64,000 nucleotides of DNA from Centroscyllium fabricii (GCA_051313645.2 JBNRSN020000010.1:11222001-11286000); one strand, 5' to 3'; positions 21,251 through 34,295 are shown, counted from the first letter of the stretch. Program-made: numbers and translations. Notes: a model not told the origin generated them from the sequence alone.

Positions 21251-24200
21251 GAATTTAAGCTTCAAGGCCTGGCCAAACCTAAGTTATGTTCCCGTTAGAG
21301 AAACATCCGCGTTTCCATAGTTATTAAAACTTCCAACTCCAACTCTGTCTATACTCTTTGTGCATCGACACACGTATCGCTTAATCCTGACTCCAGGTGC
21401 CTTGTGCTGCTGGCTTCAGTTTTCTTCATTGGTGAATTATTCCAGGATGTCAGCTCATTGCATATAAAATGGGTGGTTTGATTTCTGTTCTTGTTCCTAA
21501 TTCCCCGATTTAATCTCGTGTGCATTGGTATATGAAACGTTCTTAACAATGTTTGTCAACTTTCCCATTAACTTGAAATCTTGGATAAGATCACCTTGAT
21601 GTATAATATCTGCTGAAGAAAATAAGTCATATTATCCTGTCTAATATTCGTGATATGATTAGAGCTAAAGTTAAACTCGGTGGTTTATAGTTTGTTTGTG
21701 AACCAGAGTAGTGTAATTAGTGTGATTAATTTAATTTACTTTATCAATTAATTGAAGGGTAAGCAGAGGGGACTGCTGACAGGCAATTGCCCTTGAGTGT
21801 ATCATTTAATTTAAGTTAACGAGACGGTATGTCATGTCTGGAGAGTCCGTCCCCGTGTTCTGCTCCACCTGCGCTATTTGGGAATTCGGGGAGGCTGCCC
21901 GTGTCGCTGTCAACCGTGTGTACTGGATCTGTATCCAGCTGCTGGTACTAGCCGACCGCATTGCGTTGCTGGAGCTGTGGATGTATTCCTTTTGGAGCGT
22001 ACACGATGATGATATGGTCGTGGATAAAACGTTTAGTGAGCTCGTCACACCGCAGGCAAGGGCTGCACAGGCAGAAGGGAAAGGGTTGACCATCAGCCGG
22101 AGTAGTGGAAGCAGGCAGGTAGTGCAGGGGACATCTGTGGCCCTCCTCCTCTTAAACAGGTATACCGAGTGGATACTGTTCAGGGGGCTGAATTACCAGG
22201 AGAAGCCAGCTGCAGGCAACTTCCTGGCACCAGGGGTGCTTCTGCAGAACAGGAGGTGAGGAAAAAGAGTGGGAGAGCAACAGCGGTAGGGGATTCTATC
22301 TTAAATGGAACTGATATGCGTTCTTGTGGCCATAGATGTGACTCCAGGATGGTTTCTTGCCTCCCTTGTGCCAGGGTCAAGTATGTCACTGAACGGCTGC
22401 AGGGTATCCTGAAGGTGGAGGGTATTCAGTCAAAGATCGTGGTTCACATTGGTACCAACGACAAGGGTAGCAAGAGGAATGAGGTCCTGCACCAAGATTT
22501 TACGGAGATAGGTAGCAGATTAAAGGGCATTCCCTCAATGGTTGTAATCACTGGATTACTCGCAGTGCCACGTGCAAGTGAGTATAGGAATAGGACGATA
22601 GAGCAGATGAATAAGTGGCTAAAGACTTGGTGTTATGAGGGAGGCGTTTAGTTTCCTGGATCACTGGGGCTGCTTCTGGGGAAGGTGAGACTTGTACAAA
22701 AGTCGGACAGTTTCCACCTGAACCAGAACGGGACCAATGTCATTGAGGTGAGGTGTGCTAGTACTGTTGCGGAGCGTTTAAACAAACTTGGCAAGGGGAT
22801 GAATGGCGGTGTGGTACTATAGTACAGGGTGACGCACAGCCAAATATAGAGAATAAAACAATTCAGCTTGGAAGGCAGAGCAAATATATAATGGCAAAAG
22901 CGAGTACGGCATGGCTGGATGGCATTTATTTCTTTGCAAGGAGTCTTGCAAATAAGGTAGATGAATTGAAGGTGTTGTTGATATTCTTGCTATCATGGAG
23001 ACATGGTTTAGGGAGGAGCAGGACTGGCAGCTCACTATTCCTGGGTATAGAATCTTCACACGTGACAGGGGGTGGTAAAAGATGAGGGGGTGTCGCAATA
23101 TTAATAAAGGAGTCAATTACTGCTTTAAGCAGGGATTAAATATTAGCAGGTTCCTCTAATGAGGCCTTATTGGTAGAGCATATAAACAAAAATGGGGCAA
23201 GCTCTTTGCTGGGAGTGTACTATAGGCCCCCAAACTGTCAGGGGGAGATAGAGGAACAGGTATGCGGCAAATCTCAGAGAAGTGTGTAAATAAGAAGATG
23301 TCAACTTCCCTAATATTGACAGGGATAGTCAGAGTGTGAAAGGCGTCGAGGGTGCAAAATCATTGAAGTGCATCCAGGAGAGCTTTTCGAGCCAGTATGT
23401 AGAGAGTCCTACAAGAGAGGGGGCGTTACTGGACCTAATTCTAGGGAACGTTGCCGGGCAAGTTGTAGAAGTGTTATTATCAGAGCACCTTGGTGATAGT
23501 GACCATAATTAGGTGAGATTTAAGATAGTCATGGAAAAGAAAAAGTTGGACCGGAAATAAGGGTTCTAAATAGGGGGCAGGCCGAATTTAAAATGATGAG
23601 GCTGGATCTCGCCAAAGTGGACTAGGATCAGCTACTTGTAGGAAATTCCACATCTTTCATTAAGGAAATGGAGAGAGTACAAGGAAAACATGTTCCCATA
23701 AAGGTCAAGGATGGGACGAAAAAGCCCAGGGAACATTGGATGTCAAGGAATATACGAAAATCGATTAGGGAATAAAGGGGGGCATGTTGCAGATACAAAT
23801 AACTAAAGAGAGTGGAAGCGCCAGAGAAATATAGAAAGTGCAGGATGGTACTTAAAAAGAAATTAGGAGACCGAGGAGGGGCTATTAAATAACACCGGCA
23901 GGCAAAATATAGGATAATATCAGGAAGTGTTATAAGTATATCAAGGGCAAGTGGATAACTAGGGAAAGAGTATGGCCAATTAGGTACCAAAGTGGCAATT
24001 TGGGTGTAGAGCCAGAAGATGTAGGTGGGGTTTTTAATTATTTTTTTAAATCTGTGTTCACTATGGAGTAGGACGACGTAGACATAGATATCAGGCAGGG
24101 GGTCTGTGACACACTTGAACATATTTCCATCGATTGGGAGGAGGTACTAGCGGTTTTAGCGTGATTAAAAGTGGATAAATCGCCATACCCGGACGTGATA

Positions 24201-25070
24201 CATCCCAAGCTGCTGTGTGAGGCAAAGGAGTAGATTGCAGGGACTCTAACACAAATTTGAAGAACCACTCTGGTCACAGGGGTGTGCCAGAGGACTGTAG
24301 AAAAGCTAACGTAGTACCATTATTGAAGAAGTGTAGTAGGGATAAACCAAGCAATTAAAGGCCAGTAAGTTTATCATCAGTGGTACGGTTAATTATTGGA
24401 AAAAGTACTGAGGGGCAGAATTAGTTTTCACTAGGAAAGGCAAGGATTCATGAAGGATAGTTTGCATGGCTTTGTGAAGGGAAGATCATGTCTGACCAAT
24501 TTGATTGAATTTTTCGAGGGGGTGACCAGGCTCGTGGATGAGGGTAGTGCAGTGGATGTGGTATACCTGGATTTCTGTAAGACTTTTGATAACGTCCCGC
24601 AAAGGAGACTGGTGAAAAAGGTAAGAGGCCTTGGGACCCAGGGCACCTTGGCACAGTGGATCCAACACTGGTTCAACGGCAGAAGGCAGAGGTTGATTGT
24701 CAAAGTTTGTATTTGTGACTGGAAGCCTGTGTCCAGGGTGTACCACAGGGATCAGTGCTGGGTCCCTTGCTGTTTGTAGTCTACATTAATGTTTTGGATA
24801 TTAATGTAAGGGGTATGATCAGTAATTTCGCTGATGACACGAACATTGGTGGGGTGGCAAATAGCGAGGAGGGAATCCTCTGTCTGAAGGACGATATAGA
24901 TGGGTTGGTCAGCTGGGTGGAGCAGTGGCAAATTGAATTTACCCTGAAAAGTGTGAGGTGATGCATTTTGGAAGCACTAACAAGGCAAGGGAATACGCAA
25001 TGAATGGTGAGACCCATAGAAAGGCAGAGGATCAGAGGGTCGTTGGTGTGCATGTACACAGATCCCTGAA

Positions 25071-25457
25071 ACACAGAAACACAGAAGAGGCAGGAGTAGG
25101 CAATTCGGCCCTTCAAGCCTGCTTCGCGATTTTGATGAGATCATGGCTGATCATCAAAACCCAGCAACGCCCTCCTACCCTCTCCCCATATCCCCCGACA
25201 CCCGCAAACCAATATCTCACACAAATACACATGGGGATTTGTTTTTGTTAGTATCTCCAAATAACCTAACTTGAATGTCTTTGACTGGTGGGAGGAAACG
25301 GAGTACCCAGAGAAATCCCACACGCACACGGGGAGAACATTCAAACTCCATGCAGAGAGGTCCCAGGCCAAGCCCGATTCGAACCCAGGAGTTACTTATT
25401 GTGAGGCAGCAATGCTAACCATTGCGCCACCGTGTTTTCCACTGCACCACTGTGTCG
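25071..25457 (-). mobile_element. HE1-like V-SINE (tRNA-derived head, CR1-derived tail)
   Basis: Reverse A box ggtggcgcaatggttagc and B box ggttcgaatc; V-domain ttctccccgtgtgcgtgtgggatttctc; 8-bp TSD TCCCTGAA (25063-25070 and 25458-25465). Confidence 0.9.
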
Positions 25458-25708
25458 TCCCTGAACGCAGCAGGACAGGTAGATAAGGTGTTTAAAAGCC
25501 ATATGGGATACTGGCGTTCATTATCCGAGGCACATAATCTAAGAGCAGGGAATTTATGATGGAGCTGTACAAAATGCTGGTAAGGCCACAGCTATAGTAT
25601 TGTGTGCAGTTCTGGTTACGACATTATAGGAAGGATGTGATTGCTTTGGAGAGGGTGCAGAGGAAATTCACCAGGAATTTACCTGGGCTGGAGCGCCTCA
25701 CTATGAAG

Positions 25709-25852
25709 AAACATAGGAACATAGAAACTAAGAGCAGGAGTAGGCCATTCGGCCCTTCCGGCCCGTTCCGCCATTTAATGAGATCATGGCTGACCGTCCA
25801 AACCCAGTACCCCGCCCCTGCCCTCTCCCCATATCGCTCGATCGCTATCCCC
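25709..25852 (-). mobile_element. 5'-truncated HE1/HER1 tail insertion
   Basis: acatagaaac tail repeats and aggccattcggccc hairpin, interrupting CR1 ORF2. Confidence 0.8.
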
Positions 25853-26492
25853 AGAAAGTCTGGGCAGGCTGCTGTTGTTTTCCTTGGAGCAGAGAAGGCT
25901 GAGGTGGGACCAGATTGAGGTGTACAAAATAAGGAGGGCACAGATAGGGAGAATAGAACAGAATGTTTTACCTTGGTAGAGGGTCAGTAACAAGGCGGCG
26001 TAGATTCAAGATAAGGGCCGGGAGATTTAGCGGGGATTGGAGGAAGAACTTTTTCACCCAGAGTGTGGTTGGAATCTGGAACTCACTGCCTGAAAGGATG
26101 GTAGAGACAGGAACACTCGCAACATTCAAGAAGCATGTAGATGAGCAACTAAATGAAATAGCACACAAGGTCATGGCCCATTAGCGCTGATTTGCGGCGC
26201 TAATGGGCCGGCGCTAAGGTGCAATTTTCACGCCCATAGAGTTTACAGCAAAGAAAGAGGCCCTTCGGCCCATCGCATCCATGTTGGCCATCAAGCCATG
26301 TCTATTCTCAACCAAGGAGAAGGGTTCCGTTCTATTCAGCTTATTTGTGCCCTTCATCATTTTTTACAGCTCAATCAGGTCCCCCCTCAGCCTTCTCTGC
26401 TCCAAGGAAAATGGGATTAGAATAGACAGGGCTTGATGGTTGGTACAGATGCGATGGGCCGAAAGGCCTCTTTCTGTGCTGCAACGCTCTAT

Positions 26493-28149
26493 GGGCGAGA
26501 AAATGGCACCTTATCGCCGGCCCATTAGCGCCAAAAATCAGCGCTAAAGGGCCAGCGCTGAATTAAAGCCAAAACTAGCGCCGGGCGCTTAATTGGCATA
26601 ATGATTACTGCCAGCACTAAACGTTAGCATGCGCAAATTAGCGATCAGCAATCCTCGTGGAACTGAGTGTACAACGCCCGCCCGCCGGGCTGCACCTAAA
26701 ATGTGTTTTTCCGCCAGTCCACCTCGACCTGCGCTGCCAGTGCCAGCTTCGGCAAGTGCTGCAGCGGGTTTGAGTGGCCGCTGCAGCGCTTCTAAAAGGG
26801 CCACGCTCACTCTTTGGTCCGAGTGGCCAGCTGATGGTGGTAGTCGACCTGAGCGGCCAATTGATGAGAGGGCGGGGAGGGGGGTTGCCCGAACACCCTC
26901 CCCGCTCTCCAATCAGTTCCCGATCGGGGCCGCCGGAACTCCTCCCAGCTCTCTGATCAGTTGCCGATCGACGTTCGTCTGACACCCCCCACCCCTCGGG
27001 GGCCACCAGACACACTGATCAGGGGTTCGGGCGACCCCCGATCCAGCAACTGATCAGAGAGTGGGGAGGCAGTTCGACCGGTCCCCGATCGGCAGCTGAT
27101 CAGAGAGCGGGGAACGGATCGGGCGTCCCCCTATCGGCTGCTGATCAGAGTGCGAGAAGGGGGGACGGTGATTGGCAGCTGTCAGAGTGCAACGAGGGGT
27201 GAGGGAGATCGGCAGCTGATCAGAGTGCGAAGAGGAGGGAGGGATGCCCGAGGTAGGTAAGTGATCACAGTGTGGGTAGGACTCGATGCTGCTCTGCTTC
27301 CCGTTTAAGACCTAATCAGCTGCAGATGTCATGGGGAAGCAATCAGTACGTGAGGGAGGGCTTCTCCCAGGAACGGCAATTAGCGGCAAGATTCGGCCGC
27401 CTGGAATCCGTGCAAGACGTCAATTAGTGCCGAAATCTGCATCGACGGCGCTAACACCAATATTGGCCGCCTCGGCGCTAATCTAGCGCCGGCGCTAATT
27501 TGATACCGGAGCGCACATTTCAGTGCCAGAAAACTTGCTTGCTTCCCCATGACGTTGGGAGCCGAAGAGGTCTTAAAGGGTTAGGGGAAGCAGAGCATCA
27601 TGGTTTTTTCCTCCCTCCCGCATCAACTGTCCTATCTCGGGCCGCTGGACCCCCCCACCCCCCCTCGGCCCTCCCGCATCAATCGGCCGCTCGGAGCCAC
27701 CCGAGCCCTTCCGCGCTCACTCATCAGTTGCTCGATCGGGGGCCGCCGAGCCCTTCCCTGCTCTCTCATGAATTGGCCGCTCGGCCCGCCTCCCCCATCA
27801 GATCGCCACTCGGGATGCCTCACCCCATAAACTGGCCGCTCGGAAAGAAGAGGGAGGGTGGCCCTTTTAGCAGCGCTGCAGCGGCACCTCAAACCCGCTG
27901 CAGAGCTTGCCAAAGCTGGTGCTCGCAGTGTGGGGCGGAGTGGAATGGCAATAGCTAATTTTGGGCGGAGCCTGGCCGGCGGGCGTTGCACACGCATTTC
28001 CACGGGGATTGCTGATCGCTAATAAGCGTGCACTAATGTTTAACGCCTGTTCAGCGCCCGGTGCTAATTTTGGCGCCACCTCGCTGCAGGCATATTAGCG
28101 CCGAATTTCGGCGCTAATTGTCCGGCGCTAACGCGCCAATTTCGTGCCC
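26493..28149. mobile_element. PIF/Harbinger-like MITE, 1657 bp, long imperfect TIRs
   Basis: GGGCGAGAAAATGGC...GCCAATTTCGTGCCC termini; 3-bp TSD TAT; about 400-bp inverted arms with reiterated TTAGCGCC/GGCGCTAA motifs; inserted in the CR1 ctctatga tail. Confidence 0.88.
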
Positions 28150-28159
28150 TATGACTCAT

Positions 28160-28440
28160 ATTTATAAAGCCGCTTTTAATGTAGTAAAACGTCTCAAGGA
28201 GCTTCGAAGGATCGTTATTAAACAGAAATTGACACCGAGGCACATAAAAAGATAAGAGGGCAGATGAAAAGTTGTTTTACCGAGCATCTTGAAGGGGGAA
28301 AGTGAAGTCGAGAGTTGGTGAGGGTGAGTAATGGAATTCCAAACATTAGAGCCTCGACTGCTGAATGCAGTTCTCTCAATCATGGAGCGATTAAAATCGG
28401 TGGTCTGCAAGAAGCCAGAACTAGTGGAACGCAGAAATAA
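28160..28440 (-). mobile_element. L2-type 3' tail fragment
   Basis: tttataaagccgcttttaatgtagtaaaacgtctcaaggagctt...ggaattccaaacattagagcctcg. Confidence 0.6.
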
Positions 28441-29044
28441 TTATGGGGCCTAGTCTCCTTGTCCTGATGCCCTCTTTATCTTATTATTATTGTTATCATT
28501 TTTGACAAATTTGTTAATTCCCAGCCTTGTTTACCTACTCTTACAGCACCTGTCCTGAACACAACTCACACTAAAGCGTCACTTTCTCTCCTCGAGCTGG
28601 CACCTGGTGGTGCGCATTTTTAGTTCGCAGTCCTAGAGATGTTTAACTGTGTTCTGAACGGTCCGCTTTACCGTATTTGGTATTGTCATTCACACCTCTT
28701 GGATCCTATTGACGCAATATTTTGGCTGCCAGACCGAAAGACACAAACAGACATACGATTTACCACTGATAGATTAGTGGCAGCCCATTCCGAAGGACAC
28801 ATAGTGCATTATCTTATCAATATCGCTGAATAACTGACCCTTCTGCGTCTTCTCTACCTCCAGACTCGAATTAAATGTGGAATTCCGGCGCTGTTACCGA
28901 CGCTAACTAAATGCGATTCATTTTAATTGTGCCCAATTGTGTTAAAGTCTCGATATCACATCGATATCGGAAAACTGCAACGGGAAAGTTAATCTGGCAA
29001 TTTCTATAGGACGGCCAATCCGCTATCGCCCGTTCTACTCTAAC

Positions 29045-30195
29045 AAGTGCAAGAAGTCACATACCAGATTATAGTCCAACAGTTTTATTTTAAATCACAA
29101 GCTTTCGGAGCTTCTGCCCCTTCGTCAGGTGAAAGAGAGACTGACTTAAAGAATGCACATATGGGAGCAAGGGAGAAATCCGGTCTCACCCACATCTCAC
29201 CTTAGCAGAGACAGACAGAGCACACAAAGGCGTATTACATATTTTAAGAGATTCATTTAAACATAGCATATATATAGAGAGAGAACAATGTGGTTTCTAC
29301 AGCTGATTTCCATCACACCTCAGCTGAGGGACATCAAAGAAATCAAAGGTGTTCTAACATATCAGTCAGCCTGAGATCAAAGGGTGCAGTCACAAAGGGT
29401 CAAACGTTAAAGTCTGCTGTCCTTGAAAATCTGACAGAATGATTTTTTTAAAACAAGGATTTTTCTGACTGAAAATCGCAGAACAAGCCAAAGGTGGATC
29501 GAGTCTGGATGACTCTATGTCAGGCGGGGTCACATGTAGCGCGACATAAATCAAATACCACGGTTGAGCCCATGCTCTTGGGTGCGGAATTTGGCTATCA
29601 GCCTCTACTCGACGATTTTGCATTGTCGTGTGTCTCGAAGGCCACCTTGGAGAATACTCACCCGAAGATCGGAAGCTGAATGTCCTTGACTGCTGAAATG
29701 TTCCCCGGCTGGGACGGAACACTCCTGCCTGGCGACTGTTGTGCGGTGCCTGTTCATCCGTTGTCATGGTGTCTGCATGGTCTCGCCGATGTACCATGCC
29801 CCGGGGCATCCTTTCCTGCAACGTATGAGGTAGACAACATTGGTTAAGTTACATGAGTATGTACCATGTACCTGGTGTGTTGTGTCCTCACGTTTGATGA
29901 TGCTATCTGTGCTGATGTTTTTGCACGTTTTGCAGAGGTTGCTGTGGCAGGGATGTGTGGTGTCGTGGTTGCTGTTCTCCTGAAGGCTGGGTAATTTGCT
30001 GCGAACGATAGTCTGTTTGAGGTTAGGTGGCTGTTTTAAGGCAAGAAGTGGAGGCGTGGGGATGGCCTTAGCGAGGTGTTCATCATCATTAATGACATGT
30101 TGAAGGCTGCGAAGAACATGGCGTAGTTTCTGCATTCTGGGGAAGTACTGGACGACAAATGGTACTCTGTTGGTTGTGTCTCGTGCCTTCCAGTG
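29045..30195 (-). mobile_element. Penelope-like retroelement 3' portion with GIY-YIG endonuclease
   Basis: RVPFVVQYFP...PPLLALKQPPNLKQTIVRSKL...PCHSNLCKTC...YSCNLTNVVYLIRCRKGCPGAWYIGET; pLTR-type tail at 29045-29140. Confidence 0.92.
29095..29132 (-). ncRNA. Minimal type I hammerhead ribozyme motif
   Basis: Minus strand tcac-CTGACGA-a-GGGGC agaa GCTCC-GAAA-gc-TT-gtga. Confidence 0.78.
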
Positions 30196-30739
30196 ATACA
30201 CAAAGCCAACACACCTGGATGCAACAACTGTCCGAAGTTTCATCGACAACATTTTGCTCCTAAGCGATCGCGATCGAACAAAAATAAGAGCAGCAGAGTA
30301 ATGGGAACAACAACATTCCGAATTTACACTTCAAGCTACACTTCACCTCAGAGGGCTATATACCGCCATTTATTCACAGGATTGGATCAATATCCTGAGA
30401 TTCCTCTCCTGACGCCACCCTGGGAGCATCAGGCTCAAAAGGCATTCAGTGATTCAAAGAGAATGCCCGCCGTCAGGACCAGGCATCTTGGAAGGGCGCA
30501 TAAATGTTTCTTACCTACAACCACCCATATTTTTGAGAACAACTAAAGGGGACATTTTTCCAGATCGAAACCTCAGCATACAAATATTCTGATAGGGAAG
30601 CTTGTTAACATTGCATCATCTCATTCCAATCACTTATGAAGTTAACGGCAGTCACGCAACATGAAGCACTGCATGATGAAATTCTTATCTCGCTTCAGGT
30701 GGATTTATCCCATTGATGAAGGGCGTCTGTCTGACTTTT

Positions 30740-31170
30740 ACTTACTCTTTCCTGGAGTGTGGGCACACCTGGTAAGGCCAAAATTTATTGCTGACTCCTA
30801 ATTGCCCTTGAGTAAATGGTGGGGAGCCGCCTTCTCGATCCGCTGCAGTATTATTGATTCCCGCTGCTGTTTGCTAGGGCAGTTAAGACTCAATCACATT
30901 GCTGTGTGTCTGGAGTCAAATATTGTCCTGACCAGGTAAGGACGGCATGTTTACTTCCCTAAAGGACAATATTGAACCAGATTTGTTTTATGACAATGCG
31001 ATATTTTCAATCGTCACCATTACTGATACTAGCTTTTTATTCCCGTTTTTTAAATTACGTTAATATAAATTTTCCAGCTGCTGTGGTGGACTTCTGAACT
31101 ATCGTATCTAGATCATTATTCAAAGCCTCTTGGAATGCTAGTCCAGTAAAAAAAACACGATACTACCAGT
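30740..31170 (-). mobile_element. Old SINE/LINE-tail composite
   Basis: tttattgc...taattgcccttgag LINE tail and ggtaaggacggca...ttccctaaaggaca SINE core; similar pieces at 32550-32870 and 37080-37430. Confidence 0.55.
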
Positions 31171-31439
31171 TCATTATCCAGCGCGCACATTGGAAACTGT
31201 GCGTTCTGCGTCTACAGAGAGTTGTTTCTGTGAGCTTTGTACATTCCTGATGAAAATGGAGGGAACACGGCCCTACCCTGCTGGGATCCGGGATGGTCGG
31301 CTTAACAAAGCCACTTTTGTTCAGCCCGGGTCTCTTGCACAGATATTATACTATATGCATCATCACTCTCTGAGGACAGACAATGTAAATCTCAGCACAT
31401 GTCGGGACTTCAGCAAACACCCCCTCAAAAATAAATAGC

Positions 31440-31850
31440 TCCTACAGTTATGGAGGTTTTCACGTCCTCGGAATGTCCCCAAGCATTTCCCAGTTAACCA
31501 ACTGCAGAATACAGTCACTGTTCTTGACAGGCAAACGATGCAACAAAGCGATATCGTGCAAATGGTATTGCGATAATTGGCCAGTTAAATAATTTTAGTG
31601 GCATAGACTAAGGTATCAATATTCGCTAACATCACTACCTTCTTCAAATAGTTCCAGAGTATGTTTGCGTTCACCTGAACAGGCAGACGAGGCTTCAGTT
31701 AAACTTTGGGTCCAACAGATGATCGCTCCACACAGTGCAGTTCTCACCCGGCACTGCACTGGGCGTCAGCCTGGATTATGAGCGTAAGGTCTACAATGAG
31801 GCATGAAGCCGCGTTCTTCTGATTCCGAGGCGAGTGTTCAGAAATAAGTG
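31440..31850 (-). mobile_element. DeuSINE (SacSINE1-like)
   Basis: Deu-domain-like cacctgaacaggcagacg...cagtgcag...gcactgcactgg.gtcagcctggattatg and tRNA-like head remnant. Confidence 0.6.
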
Positions 31851-33036
31851 ACAGCCGCCTCTGCAATAGGTGAGACATTGGTCAAAGCCACACATTGTCC
31901 TGCCCCGCTATCGCCTTCAAAATTCCAGTACGGGTCTACAAAATTGGTATTTTATGTAAAGTCAATGCTCTACCAAGACTATACTTAAAACTGGAAACAA
32001 AGATGGCAATTCTGGAGACGCAAGCAGCTTCAAAATTACTTTGACAAGGAAACAAAGTTTGGTGATTCAGAATCAATATTTCGATAGATGCATTGGACCC
32101 AAAAGAAATGTTTTGTTTCCTGTGTCACACCCTCTTCGGAATCATTGCTTATGCTGCTTTGCTTTGCTGAGAATGGGGGATTATTGGACGAGGTAACTGC
32201 TAATAAAGGAGTAGAGTGGCAAAATCGAAGTTAAAAGCTTACTTGCATTACATTCTGACTCCAGTTTTCATAACACTGAGTGTCTTTACAGGATAAATTT
32301 GTAAATTTTCTCTCGCAGTGCTGCTGCATTTGCTTCCCATCCTGGGTTTCGATGGGTTTCGATGGCGGCATTAAGAGTGGGCACCTCTGTGTATATTTGC
32401 ATTGAGTGTAACAGTACAAAACGGATGATTATTCACTTCCATTGATTCAATGAAGTTAAACAACGGGGTGGTGGACGACATTCAGATGACACATGTTACT
32501 GTATCACGCAAAGTTGAAATGTGCCCGGAACTGGAGTTAAGTGTCATGCAAAGAGGTAGATGCGGGAGGCTTCTTTCCCTGAAGGATATTATGTCACCAG
32601 TTGGATTTAAAGAAAAATCTTGAGGTTGAGATAAATAGCCAGTTAATCTGTCCTTTTGTGGCTTCAGTTAACGAATGACGGTCAGCCGAAAGTACAATAT
32701 TCAACATATGCTGAGAAGGGATTCCTTACTTCCTCCTGAACATCAGTTACAATCAGCATAATTTATTTGGACCCAGTCGAGAAATTACCTTATTTTATTG
32801 AATTCAATGTCACAGCTTGTGTGGTTGGTATTTAAATCGCGACATTTGGACTGCTAATCCCAGATTTCCAGACCACCAATCTGTCCCATAGAGTCCAACC
32901 TGGTATCCGTTGTATGCACCCTCCATTGCGCTCCAACTATTATTTTGAATGCTTTGCGAATCTTATTCCAGAACTCTGCTCCTATAGTTTTTGTTCACGT
33001 TACTCGGCAAATGCTGCCCATGCCATTAATGTTTTA

Positions 33037-34295
33037 AGAACATAAGACCATAAGAAATAGGAGCAGGAGTAGGCCAATCGGCCCTTCGAGCCTGCTCCGC
33101 CGTTCAAAAAGATCATGGCTGATCTGATCCTAAACTCAATTTTATTTCTACTCTCCACCCCGCCCAGACCCATGTGATCACCTGGGAGAGGCGAAAAACC
33201 AGATTTTAAAAAACAGTAGCCAATTTGGGAGAAAAAAATCAGGAAAATTCCTCTCCGACCCATCTAGGCGATCGAAAACTGGTCCAGGAGATCACATGGC
33301 CGATCTGAACCTAGCCTCACGTCCACCTACCTGCCCGCTCACCATAACCCCTAATTCCCTTTAATTCCAGGAAACTGTCTATCTCAGTTTTAAATTTATT
33401 CAAAGTAGTAGCTTCCACAGCTCTCTGGGGCAGCAGATTACACAGCCCCACCACCCTCTGAGTAAAGAAGTTCCCCCTCATCTCAGTTTTGAAATGGCAG
33501 CCCCTTATTTTATGATAATGCCCACTAGTCCTAGTCTCACCCACCATTGGGAACATCCTCACCGCATCCACCCAATCAAGCCCTCTCACAATCTTATATG
33601 TTTCAATAAGATCGCCTCTCATTCTTCTGAACTCCAATGAGAAGAGGCCCAATCTACTCAGCCTCTTGTCATATGTTAGCCCCCTCATCCCCGGAATTAA
33701 CCTAGTGAACATTCTCTGCCTCGAGAGCAAGTATGTCCTTTCTTAAATAGGGATACCAGAACAGCACGCAGTATTCCAGGTGTGGTCTCACAAATACCCC
33801 GTACAACTGCAGCAAGACCTCCCTGCTTTTATACTCAATCCCCTTTGAAATAAAAGTCAACATTCCGTTGGCCTTCCTTACCACCTGCTGCACCTGCATA
33901 TTAACTTTTTGTGTTTCCTGCACCAGGACCCCCAGATCCCTTTGCACTGAAGAACTTTCCAGTTCCTTTCCATTTAGATAATAACTCGCTCTATTATTTT
34001 TCCTGCCAAAGTGCATAACTTCACATTTTCCAGTATTATACTCCATCTGCCAAATCTCTGCCCACTCACTTAGCCTATCTTTGTCCTTTTGCAGGTTTGT
34101 AATGTCCTCCTCATTCATAACCCTCCCTCCCATCTTTGTGTCATCTGCAAACTTTGATAAGTTGCACTTGGTCCCTTCTTGCACATCGTTAATATAGATT
34201 GTAAAGAGTTGGGGTCCCAGCACCGACCCTTGCGGAACACCACTAGTGACTGACTGCCAGTCTGAGAACGAACCATTTATCCCAACTCTGTTTTC
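33037..34295 (-). mobile_element. Relatively young 5'-truncated CR1 (RT C-half and 3'UTR)
   Basis: VTSGVPQGSVLGPQLFTIYIND...SKFADDTK...RPHLEYCVLFWYP (216-aa ORF) and NFFTQRVVGLCNLLP; cataag tail. Confidence 0.95.

Larger units (their letters stand above)
21650..26492 (+). mobile_element. Near full-length CR1 LINE (ORF1 zinc finger plus SGNH esterase; ORF2 APE and RT), decayed
   Basis: CSTCAIWE...C..C; VGDSIL...VSCLPCARV...IVVHIGTND; HGFVKGRSCLTNLIEFFE; LGPLLFVVYIN...FADDT; NFFTQSVVGIWNSLP; ctctat tail. Confidence 0.95.

Noticed and set aside
25380-25432. tRNA gene
   Set aside because: A and B boxes belong to a SINE head with V-domain, LINE tail and TSD; same for 53640-53706.
26589-28079. 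Multiple overlapping 107-152 aa ORFs
   Set aside because: Stop-poor GC-rich MITE arms; no transposase or Myb motifs.
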